Of a DNA stretch of 64,000 nt, positions 29,464-37,840 are shown one piece after another; within the stretch, counting starts at the first letter, position 1, and each line of letters begins with the position of its first letter. The position numbers and the translations under genes are program-made. Source of the DNA: Candidatus Omnitrophota bacterium (GTDB taxonomy: Bacteria; Omnitrophota; Gorgyraeia; Gygaellales; Profunditerraquicolaceae); contig JBEKSD010000001.1 in assembly GCA_049517335.1 (NCBI GenBank), forward strand, positions 32,001-96,000, in the 5' to 3' direction. The notes below the pieces were generated by a model. It did no database searches and was not told the origin of the DNA. It saw nothing but the letters and a program-made list of their open reading frames with translations.

Positions 29464-30036
29464 ATGAAACGAGTGTTTTGGGCTGTTTTCCTGATCACCC
29501 TGCTTTCGCTTGTCGGCGGATACCTCCACGGGGCCGATTCGGAAAACTGGACGAAACCATCGGAAGAATTCAAGTTATCCCTGCCCTTTGGGAGAACTTA
29601 TAATTACGCTGATGTTTTAGTTAAGAGGGCGGTGGACGGCAATACCCTATTACTGGAAACAGGAGAACGGGTGCGTTTAATCGGTATTGATACCCCAAAG
29701 ATGCAGCAGTCAAGTAAGCTTGATCGCGATGCCGAGCGCACTCAAGAGAAGACATCGCTGATTCAGCAGCTTGGTCTACGCGCTTATAAATTTACCAAAG
29801 AGTTGGTTGAAGGCAAACGTGTAAGCCTCGAGTTCGATCTAGAAAAATATGATAAAGATGGCCAGTTGCTTGCTTACATATATTTGAATGATTCGGCTAA
29901 GACTTTCGTAAACGCCGAGATTGTAAAACAGGGGTACGCCTCTCTGCTGACTATCCCCCCGAATGTCAGGTATGCGGATTTATTCAAAAAATTATACCAG
30001 GAGGCGCGTGAAAATAGAAGGGGCCTCTGGCAGTAA
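29464..30036 (+). CDS. Secreted thermonuclease (SNase) homolog with degenerate active site
   Basis: Signal peptide; VDGNT, VRLIGIDTPK, DKDGQLLAY, NAEIVKQGYA, RRGLW. Confidence 0.88.
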   Translation: MKRVFWAVFLITLLSLVGGYLHGADSENWTKPSEEFKLSLPFGRTYNYADVLVKRAVDGNTLLLETGERVRLIGIDTPKMQQSSKLDRDAERTQEKTSLIQQLGLRAYKFTKELVEGKRVSLEFDLEKYDKDGQLLAYIYLNDSAKTFVNAEIVKQGYASLLTIPPNVRYADLFKKLYQEARENRRGLWQ

Positions 30037-30060
30037 GAAGAAAGGATAGAGGAGGTTATT

Positions 30061-31098
30061 ATGTTACGATGCTTAAGCGCAGGCGAGTCGCACGGAAAAG
30101 GGATCATGGCCATACTTGAAGGTATGCCGGCAGGGTTAAAAATAGATACGGCTATCCTGAACCAGGAATTAAAGCGTAGACAGGCGGGATTTGGCCGGGG
30201 CGAGCGCATGAAGATTGAGAACGACCGGGCCCAAATCATCTCCGGACTTAAAAATAATATTACTTTGGGCAGCCCACTTTCCGTTTTAATAGAAAATAAG
30301 GATTTCAGCATAGAAAAATTGCCTAATGTCTTTTGCCCCCGGCCGGGGCACGCTGACCTGGCGGGCGCTTTAAAGTACGGCTTTGAGGATATACGGGCAG
30401 TTTTGGAACGCGCCTCAGCCCGAAGCACTGCGGCTAGCGTAGCCGTTGGCGCTCTGTGTAAAATATTCCTTAAGAGCTTCGCTATCAATATAATGAGCAG
30501 GGTCCTTTCCATCGGCGGAGAAAATACCCGTGCGGGGATGATGGAAAAAATAAAAGAAGCCGTAAATAATAAGGATAGCGTGGGAGGTATATTTGAGGTT
30601 ACCGCTAAAAATGTCCCTGTCGGGTTAGGTAGTTATGTCCAGCCGGACAGGCGTCTTGACGCCCGGCTCGCTCAAGGGATAATTTCCATTCCGGGCATTA
30701 AAGCAGTGGAAATCGGTTTAGGTTTAGGGTTTGGCTTCAGTTTCGGCTCGGAAGTCCATGATGCCATTTACTACAAAAACGGAAAATACCTGCGTAAGAC
30801 CAATAATGCCGGGGGCATAGAAGGCGGCATTTCAAACGGAGAAAATATAATTATCCGCGCCTGCATGAAACCCATTTGTACTCTGATAAGCCCGCTTGAT
30901 TCGGTTAACATCAAAAGCAAAAAAAGCGCTAAAGCTGCTGTTGAGCGGTCTGACACCTGTGTCGTTGAAGCTGCGGGTGTGGTCGCGGAATCGGTGTTTG
31001 CTTTTGTCTTAGCCGATGCGTTTTTAGAGAAATTCGGCTCAGACGCTTTAAGCGATATCAGGCAAGCTTATAAAAATTATTTAAAAAGAATCCGTTAG
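30061..31098 (+). CDS. aroC: Chorismate synthase
   Basis: GESHG, RPGHAD, ERASAR, NNAGGIEGG, MKPI, ERSD. Confidence 0.97.
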   Translation: MLRCLSAGESHGKGIMAILEGMPAGLKIDTAILNQELKRRQAGFGRGERMKIENDRAQIISGLKNNITLGSPLSVLIENKDFSIEKLPNVFCPRPGHADLAGALKYGFEDIRAVLERASARSTAASVAVGALCKIFLKSFAINIMSRVLSIGGENTRAGMMEKIKEAVNNKDSVGGIFEVTAKNVPVGLGSYVQPDRRLDARLAQGIISIPGIKAVEIGLGLGFGFSFGSEVHDAIYYKNGKYLRKTNNAGGIEGGISNGENIIIRACMKPICTLISPLDSVNIKSKKSAKAAVERSDTCVVEAAGVVAESVFAFVLADAFLEKFGSDALSDIRQAYKNYLKRIR

Positions 31099-31143
31099 AT
31101 ATTGCCAGCTCTTTGCTCTATTTAAGTAAAGGAGAGGACTTAG

Positions 31144-31176
31144 GGAATGCTTCTTAAAATACTTGAGAAGCGTTCC
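31144..31176 (+). other. 14-bp RNA stem-loop in aroC-aroK spacer
   Basis: GGAATGCTTCTTAA / TTGAGAAGCGTTCC, only deviations are two G-U pairs, 5-nt loop. Confidence 0.6.
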
Positions 31177-31187
31177 TAGTAAAAGCT

Positions 31188-31694
31188 ATGAATATCTATC
31201 TCGTAGGATTCATGGGTACAGGTAAGACAAGCGTAGGCAAAGAATTAGCCAAAAAGAAAAAATGGCCGTTTGTTGACCTTGATGACCTTATTGAGCTTAG
31301 AGAGAAAAGGCTCATTTCAGAAATCTTCGCCAAAGAAGGCGAGCCTTATTTTCGCCGCACCGAAAAGCAGGCGTTATCAAAGGTTAGTAAAGAGAAAAAC
31401 TTCATCGTTGCCTGCGGCGGAGGGATAGTCTTGGATAAAGCTAATATTAAAACCATGAAAAAAACCGGGATAATGGTTTGCCTTACTGCAGATGTGAATA
31501 TAATATTAAAAAGGACATCCGCCTTTACACATAGACCCCTTCTTAAAGTAGCTCAGCCTAAAAAACAAATTGAGCTCTTGCTTAAAATGCGCGCTCCTTA
31601 CTATGCGCAGGCTGATAAAATCATAGATACCTCTAAATTATCGGTTAAAGAAATTACAGCCCGGCTCAGCAAAATTACCTCCAAAATTAAATGA
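31188..31694 (+). CDS. aroK: Shikimate kinase
   Basis: GFMGTGKT, GEPYFR, GGG, RPLL. Confidence 0.96.
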   Translation: MNIYLVGFMGTGKTSVGKELAKKKKWPFVDLDDLIELREKRLISEIFAKEGEPYFRRTEKQALSKVSKEKNFIVACGGGIVLDKANIKTMKKTGIMVCLTADVNIILKRTSAFTHRPLLKVAQPKKQIELLLKMRAPYYAQADKIIDTSKLSVKEITARLSKITSKIK

Positions 31695-31866
31695 ACCGCC
31701 TTGAAGCGTTGATCAGCCTGGAGAGGGTCAAACAACCCTAGTCATACTGATGAGCTTATTGTTGAAACAAATCTGGATATTGTCCGTGTTTCTGATATAC
31801 TTTTAGCTTTAAGGCTAAAAGAAGCTGATCCGGGAACTTCCCGGGAAATATGATATAAGGATATAA
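31691..31866 (+). pseudogene. dprA: dprA remnant (N-terminus plus C-terminal winged helix; internal deletion and frameshifts)
   Basis: MNRLEALISL.. then, in other frames, PSHTDELIVETNLDIVRVSDILLALRLK / KLIRELPGKY; canonical slot upstream of topA-xerC. Confidence 0.8.
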
Positions 31867-33843
31867 ATGAAGAATAAAGGTCTGGTTATAGTCGAATCAC
31901 CGACAAAAGCAAAGACGATCAGTAAAATACTGGGCAGGGATTTTACCGTAGTCTCCACCATGGGCCATCTCTATGATCTGCCGTCTAAGAAGCTGGGCGT
32001 GGATATTGAAAAAGGGTTTGAGCCGGAATATACGATATTGGTCGGAAGGAATAAGATTTTAGCTTCCCTGAAGAAGGAAGCCAAAGATAAAGATGTTGTT
32101 TACCTGGCCACAGACCCGGACCGGGAAGGCGAGGCCATAGGCTGGCACCTTAAAGATAAGCTCTTCAAAAAGCAGAAAGTACTGCGGGTTACCTTCCATG
32201 AGATTACCCCTGCCGCCGTCAGCAGTGCCTTTAAGCATCCGCGCGATTTCGACTCAAAAATGATTGAAGCGCAGGGCTCAAGGCGTATTCTTGACAGGCT
32301 GGTAGGTTATTTCTTAAGCCCCTTGTTATGGAAAAAGATTAGCCGCGGCCTAAGTGCAGGAAGAGTGCAGTCGGTAGCCTTGAGGTTAATAATTGACAAG
32401 GAAAGGGAAATCCAGAAGTTTGTCCCTCAGGAATACTGGGAGATAGAGGCGCAGTTGGGTAAGGCAGAGGCTGTTTTCAAGGCGAAACTGGAAAAAATTG
32501 ACGCAGAAAAAGCGCAAATTAAAAACGGACCTGATGCAGAGAGAATTTGCGCAGATATCAAAACCAACCGTTTTAAAGTTACGCAGATAAAAAAGACGGA
32601 AAAGAAGCGTAACCCCGAAGCGCCTTTTATAACCAGCACTCTGCAGCAGGAAGCGTTCAACAAGTTAAGGTTTAACGCGACCAAGACCATGATTATTGCC
32701 CAGCAGCTTTATGAAGGCATTGATATAGGTCAGGAAAACCCCGTGGGCCTTATTTCTTACATGAGGACGGACTCCCCAAAAGTTGCGCCTGAAGCAATAG
32801 CCGAAGTGAGGAACTTAATAAAAAGTAAATTCGGTAAAGATTATCTTCCGGATGAAGCGAATGTTTATAAGGTGAGGAAACTTGCCCAGGAGGCGCATGA
32901 AGCGATAAGGCCGACTTTGATAGCTAGACCAGCGGAAAGCCTGCAAACTTACCTTAGCGCGGAACAGTATAAACTTTATGAGTTGATTTATAACCGTTTT
33001 CTATCCAGCCAGATGACCAGCGCGCGCTATCTTTCAACTTCCGTAGATATCAAGGCGGGTAAATACCTGTTTTCAGCTTCCGGAAGCGTTACTATATTTG
33101 ACGGATTTACGGCGCTCTATAATAAAAACGGCGATGAGAAAGAAAAGAATACAATACCCGATTTAGAGGAAGGCATGGACCTCGCGCTCCTAAAATTAAC
33201 CCCTTCGCAGCATTTTACCAAGCCGCCGGCAAGATATTCCGATAGCTCATTAGTCAAGGCTTTGGAAGAAGACGGGATAGGCCGGCCTTCTACTTATGCG
33301 CCCATAATTTATACCCTTCTTTTACGCAATTATGCGCGCAGGGTAAGGGGGTATTTCCAGCCATCGGAACTGGGGTTTATGGTCTGTGACCTTTTGGTAG
33401 AGTATTTCCCTAAAATCATGGATATCGGTTTTACGGCACTAATGGAAGAGGAACTGGATGAAGTTGAAGAGGGCAAAGCCGATAAACTTAAGGTGCTAAA
33501 AGATTTCTATGAACCGTTCAAAATCAGCCTTGATTATGCGCAGGCGAACATTAAAAAGGAAGTGGTTTTTACGGACCAGATTTGCGACAAATGCGGTAAG
33601 CCTCTGGTAGTAAAATGGGGAAGACGCGGGAAATTCTTAAGCTGTTCCGGTTTCCCTACCTGCAAGAATTCAAAATCCATAACCACTGGGATTAAATGTC
33701 CGCAACCCGGATGCACGGGAGAACTGATTGAACGCCGTTCAAAAAGGGGCTTCTTTTTCGGCTGTTCTAACTTTCCAAAATGCACTTTTACTTCGAAAAC
33801 CCTTCCCTCCGATAAGGAGCAGGGCAAAGAGGCCGAGGAGTAA
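31867..33843 (+). CDS. topA: DNA topoisomerase I
   Basis: IVESPTK, DPDREGE, SAGRVQS, YMRTDS, GIGRPSTY, C-terminal zinc ribbons. Confidence 0.97.
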   Translation: MKNKGLVIVESPTKAKTISKILGRDFTVVSTMGHLYDLPSKKLGVDIEKGFEPEYTILVGRNKILASLKKEAKDKDVVYLATDPDREGEAIGWHLKDKLFKKQKVLRVTFHEITPAAVSSAFKHPRDFDSKMIEAQGSRRILDRLVGYFLSPLLWKKISRGLSAGRVQSVALRLIIDKEREIQKFVPQEYWEIEAQLGKAEAVFKAKLEKIDAEKAQIKNGPDAERICADIKTNRFKVTQIKKTEKKRNPEAPFITSTLQQEAFNKLRFNATKTMIIAQQLYEGIDIGQENPVGLISYMRTDSPKVAPEAIAEVRNLIKSKFGKDYLPDEANVYKVRKLAQEAHEAIRPTLIARPAESLQTYLSAEQYKLYELIYNRFLSSQMTSARYLSTSVDIKAGKYLFSASGSVTIFDGFTALYNKNGDEKEKNTIPDLEEGMDLALLKLTPSQHFTKPPARYSDSSLVKALEEDGIGRPSTYAPIIYTLLLRNYARRVRGYFQPSELGFMVCDLLVEYFPKIMDIGFTALMEEELDEVEEGKADKLKVLKDFYEPFKISLDYAQANIKKEVVFTDQICDKCGKPLVVKWGRRGKFLSCSGFPTCKNSKSITTGIKCPQPGCTGELIERRSKRGFFFGCSNFPKCTFTSKTLPSDKEQGKEAEE

Positions 33844-34712
33844 TGGAGAAGTATATCGGGAAATTTATCCGCTACCTTGAAATAGAAAAGAATTATTCTC
33901 CTCATACCATATTGAATTATAAACTGGACCTGGAGGATTTCAGTAAGTTCTTAAGCCCGGGTGATATTCAAAAAGTAGATTACCTGCTCTTAAGAAAATA
34001 TCTTGCCGTATTAAAAGAAAAGAATTTAAGCGCCCGCTCCGTCGGCCGTCGCTTATCCGCTTTACGCTCATTTTTTAAATTCCTGACGCGCGAAGGTTAC
34101 CTTAAAAATAACCCCATCCTTATGCTCCTCAGCCCCAAGTTGGACAAGCATCTGCCGCAATTCCTCACTGAAGAAGAGGTTGTTAAGTTAATTGAGAGCG
34201 CCTTTGCTCACGGCGCAGCAGACGAAAGGGGCTTGCGGGACAGGGCAATCCTGGAAACATTTTATTCAACCGGTATGCGTATTTCAGAATTGGTATCTTT
34301 AAGCGCGGAGGATATTGATTTTATCGGCGGCACGCTAAAAGCTTTCGGGAAAGGCAGGAAAGAGCGGCTCGTGCCTATCGGCGATGTGGCCATGAACGCG
34401 ATTAAAAAGTACCTTGATACGAGAAAAAAAGAGGACCGCGCGCTTTTTTTAAATAAAAACGGAAAACGCCTAACCACAAGGGGGGTACGTAATATCGTGG
34501 ATAAGTATATCCACCTCGCCGGGATAAGGCAGGGAATTTCTCCGCATACCTTAAGGCATTCATTTGCTACCCATATTCTAAACCGGGGGGCTGATTTGCG
34601 CACGGTCCAGGAGTTATTGGGGCATGCTAATTTATCAACAACGCAGATATATACCCACTTGACTACAGCTAAATTAAAGAGCGTTTATGATAAGGCGCAC
34701 CCGCATGCTTAA
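33843..34712 (+). CDS. xerC: Tyrosine recombinase XerC
   Basis: TGMRISE, GKGRKER, HTLRHSFATH, LLGH, TQIY; downstream of topA. Confidence 0.9.
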   Translation: MEKYIGKFIRYLEIEKNYSPHTILNYKLDLEDFSKFLSPGDIQKVDYLLLRKYLAVLKEKNLSARSVGRRLSALRSFFKFLTREGYLKNNPILMLLSPKLDKHLPQFLTEEEVVKLIESAFAHGAADERGLRDRAILETFYSTGMRISELVSLSAEDIDFIGGTLKAFGKGRKERLVPIGDVAMNAIKKYLDTRKKEDRALFLNKNGKRLTTRGVRNIVDKYIHLAGIRQGISPHTLRHSFATHILNRGADLRTVQELLGHANLSTTQIYTHLTTAKLKSVYDKAHPHA

Positions 34713-34719
34713 TTGAAGG

Positions 34720-35991
34720 ATGTTTATAATCTACGATTTTATATTTTTTCTCTTCATTTTAATACAGTTCCCCGTTTATTTATTTAAGGGGAAGCTGAAG
34801 AAAGATTTTTTGCCGCGCTTTGGCCTCCTGCCGCGCAACCTTGATTTAGGCAGGCCCATATGGATACACGCGGTAAGCGTAGGAGAAGCTCAGGCGGTAA
34901 AGGCGCTGCTGGAGGAATTAAGGAAAATTTACGTGGGAAAAAAGTTTGTTATTTCTACGGTAACGGTAACAGGGAATAAAATTGTCCGGGGATACGCTGA
35001 AAAAAACGATTTTGTTACTTACCTGCCGTTGGATTTAAGTTTCATTGTCAGGCACGTAGTGGACAAAATTAACCCGTCTCTCTTTATCATTGTGGAAACC
35101 GAGATATGGCCGAATATAATCTCTGCCCTGCATCAGAAGAATATCCCTGTTGTCCTGGTAAACGGCAGGATTTCGGAGGCATCGTTACGCGGGTACCTGG
35201 CGGTAAAATTTCTACTAAAAGATGTTTTAGGCAGGATTTCCGCCTGCTGCGTCCAGTCAGAGCGCGATGCTTTAAGGTTTAAGATGATCGGGCTTAAGGC
35301 GGACAAAATCAGGGCTACCGGGAATATGAAGTTTGATGCCGCGCTGGAAAAGGGAGACTCCAAGGTAAACAATCGGCTGCGGGATAAGCTTGGGTTTAAA
35401 GGAATGGATATGCTTCTGGTCTGTGGTTCAACGCACCGGGGCGAAGAAGAAATAATCCTCAGGGCGTATAAAAAAATACTGGTTAAGTTCGGAAATTTAA
35501 GATTACTTATTGCGCCAAGGCATCCGGAGAGGAGTAAAGAAGTTGAGGGATTAATCTTAAAGTACAACTTTGACAGCGCAATGGTATCTACCTTGCCGCT
35601 AGGCTCGGAGCATCGCAATAAAACCGTCTTTATCCTTGATACCGTCGGCTCCCTGGCTGATTACTATAGCATTGCGGATATAGTTTTTGTCGGCGGAAGC
35701 TTAATTAATAAGGGCGGGCACAATATCCTTGAGCCGGCGGGTTTCAGTAAGCCTGTTATTTTCGGCCCATTTATGTCTAATTTCCGTGATATAGCCGGTT
35801 TATTCATAAACAATAATGCCGCGATAATGCTGCATAATGCTTTAGAACTGAGTCCAGTTATCAGCAGGCTGCTGCATAATCCTCAGGAAGCACAGATGCT
35901 GGGCAGAAAAGGCAATGATCTTATTACGCTGAATAAAGGCGCTACGCTAAGGAATGTGGAAGTTATAAAAGAGGTTCTCTCCCCTTTTTAA
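34720..35991 (+). CDS. waaA: Kdo transferase
   Basis: WIHAVSVGE, ETEIWPN, GSTH, PRHPER, GGHNILEP. Confidence 0.96.
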   Translation: MFIIYDFIFFLFILIQFPVYLFKGKLKKDFLPRFGLLPRNLDLGRPIWIHAVSVGEAQAVKALLEELRKIYVGKKFVISTVTVTGNKIVRGYAEKNDFVTYLPLDLSFIVRHVVDKINPSLFIIVETEIWPNIISALHQKNIPVVLVNGRISEASLRGYLAVKFLLKDVLGRISACCVQSERDALRFKMIGLKADKIRATGNMKFDAALEKGDSKVNNRLRDKLGFKGMDMLLVCGSTHRGEEEIILRAYKKILVKFGNLRLLIAPRHPERSKEVEGLILKYNFDSAMVSTLPLGSEHRNKTVFILDTVGSLADYYSIADIVFVGGSLINKGGHNILEPAGFSKPVIFGPFMSNFRDIAGLFINNNAAIMLHNALELSPVISRLLHNPQEAQMLGRKGNDLITLNKGATLRNVEVIKEVLSPF

Positions 35992-36020
35992 GATTTGTTT
36001 TTTATGGTATTATTTATCCT

Positions 36021-36740
36021 ATGGAAATACGGGCAAGGCAAAAGGGTAACATAATAATTCTAGAGTTAGCCGGGCGCATTGACGTTAATTCCGCCAACCT
36101 CGTGGAAGCGGTGGGTCAGTGCGTGCGTGACGGCTACAATGAGGTTCTCTGTAATCTTGAGGATATTGAGTTCATTGACTACATGGGCGTTTCGGTTATT
36201 GTCATTGCCTACAAAGAGGTTGTTAATAACAACGGCAGGATGAAATTTTGTTGCGTCCCCGCCCATTTAAAGGGGGTATTTTCCGTAGCCGGGCTGGAGA
36301 GGGTAATGGAATTCTATGCGACTGAAGACCTTGCTTTAGAAACCTTTAATGAAGATAAGGTTATTGAGAAGATTCAGAAGTTGCAGCTAAGAAGGCGTTT
36401 TAAGCGCCTGCCTATAGATATAAAAATTGAAATAAAACAAAAACGCGCAGAGCGTCCAGTTTGCCTTAATGCGGATATCTTGAATTTAAGCGCCATAGGC
36501 GCCTACATATACGGTTGCAGCAAATTTAAGTTAGGCGACGAACTGCTTATTAAGCTTAAGCTTTCTCCCAAGGGTGAGGAAATTGAACTTAATTCCAAAG
36601 TAGTCTGGCTTCCTGACAAACAGGTGCAGCCGCAAACCTGGCCGGGAATGGGGGTTGAATTTATCAATTTGTCCGGCTCTGTGCAGCAGAAGCTCCTTGA
36701 ATTTATCGAAAGAAACCTCTCTTTTATGTCCTCGGATTAG
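36021..36740 (+). CDS. STAS-PilZ fusion protein
   Basis: N-terminal anti-sigma-antagonist fold; PilZ RRFKR and NLSAIG motifs, GMGVEF. Confidence 0.85.
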   Translation: MEIRARQKGNIIILELAGRIDVNSANLVEAVGQCVRDGYNEVLCNLEDIEFIDYMGVSVIVIAYKEVVNNNGRMKFCCVPAHLKGVFSVAGLERVMEFYATEDLALETFNEDKVIEKIQKLQLRRRFKRLPIDIKIEIKQKRAERPVCLNADILNLSAIGAYIYGCSKFKLGDELLIKLKLSPKGEEIELNSKVVWLPDKQVQPQTWPGMGVEFINLSGSVQQKLLEFIERNLSFMSSD

Positions 36741-36802
36741 CTTCGGGGGTACCCTGGTGATAACATATATAAATTCGCCGTTTTACGGAGGAAATTTTTA
36801 AG

Positions 36803-37840
36803 ATGTTAGAATACCTCTATAGCCTTGCTAGCGACAAAAGAAAGGGCGTAATTGCGCAGTCCTTAAAAGCCATACTCTTTGTCCTTGCTATTATCTACGG
36901 AGCATTCATCAGGCTGCTTATTTGTCTCTCTTTAATCAGACGTAAAAAGCTCCTTTTAAAGGTTATTAGCGTAGGGAATATTACTCTGGGGGGTACAGGG
37001 AAGACCTCATTAGTTGAGTTTATCGCACTTAAGCTTAAAAATAACGGCCATAGGAGCGCAATATTAAGCCGGGGTTACAAAAGTGCGAAAGGAAATATCG
37101 GGGATGAGCCGGTCATGCTTGCGGAAAAGTTAAGTGGGGTAGAGGTGATTACCGGTAAAGACAGAATAAGTTCCGCTAATCAAGCAGCAGCTATTCCGGG
37201 CGTAGATACGGTCATTTTAGATGATGCTTTCCAGCAGTGGAGAATTATCAAGGACCTTGATATTGTTCTCATTAACGCCTTGGAGCCGTTCGGGAATTTA
37301 CAAATGCTTCCCCGCGGTATTTTACGCGAGCCGCTGTCATCGCTTAAGCGCGCCGGTATTTTTGTCATTACCAAAACCAATTTAGTCAGGGATACGCAAA
37401 AAATAAGACAACTATTGAATAAAATAAATCCTGCTGCGCAAGTTTTTGAAGCAGTGCATTTAGCAGAAGGTTTTTATAGTATTAATAATAAAGAAAAGAT
37501 TATGGGCCCTGAGTCTTTAAAGGGTAAAACTGCTCTAATTTTTTCCGGCATAGGGGATCCGGATTCGTTTGAAAGGCTGCTCTCTGCCCAAGGCTTGAAA
37601 ATTAGCTTGTCTTTTAAATTCCCTGACCACCACAATTATGCAAAGCATGATTTAGACAGTATTATCAGCGCTGCGCAGGGTGAAAATATTGATACCATAA
37701 TTACCACGGAAAAGGATGCTGTCCGGCTTAAGGGACTGGCATTACCGCAGGGGTTAGAGATTCTGGTTCTAAAAATAAAACTGGCCATAATAAATGAAGA
37801 AAAATTCATCAGCCGATTACTCGGCATTTATCCTGCTTAA
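36803..37840 (+). CDS. lpxK: Tetraacyldisaccharide 4'-kinase
   Basis: SVGNITLGGTGKT, SRGY, GDE, LDDAFQ, PRGILRE, TTEKD. Confidence 0.96.
   Translation: MLEYLYSLASDKRKGVIAQSLKAILFVLAIIYGAFIRLLICLSLIRRKKLLLKVISVGNITLGGTGKTSLVEFIALKLKNNGHRSAILSRGYKSAKGNIGDEPVMLAEKLSGVEVITGKDRISSANQAAAIPGVDTVILDDAFQQWRIIKDLDIVLINALEPFGNLQMLPRGILREPLSSLKRAGIFVITKTNLVRDTQKIRQLLNKINPAAQVFEAVHLAEGFYSINNKEKIMGPESLKGKTALIFSGIGDPDSFERLLSAQGLKISLSFKFPDHHNYAKHDLDSIISAAQGENIDTIITTEKDAVRLKGLALPQGLEILVLKIKLAIINEEKFISRLLGIYPA

Noticed and set aside
25542-30036. Helicase + nuclease + Macro-Nudix as an anti-phage defence system
   Set aside because: Genes are in different orientations and transcription units, the nuclease is secreted and degenerate, and the families are common housekeeping ones.
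33843-34712. Tyrosine recombinase as a prophage or island integrase
   Set aside because: Size, motifs and position after topA fit housekeeping XerC.
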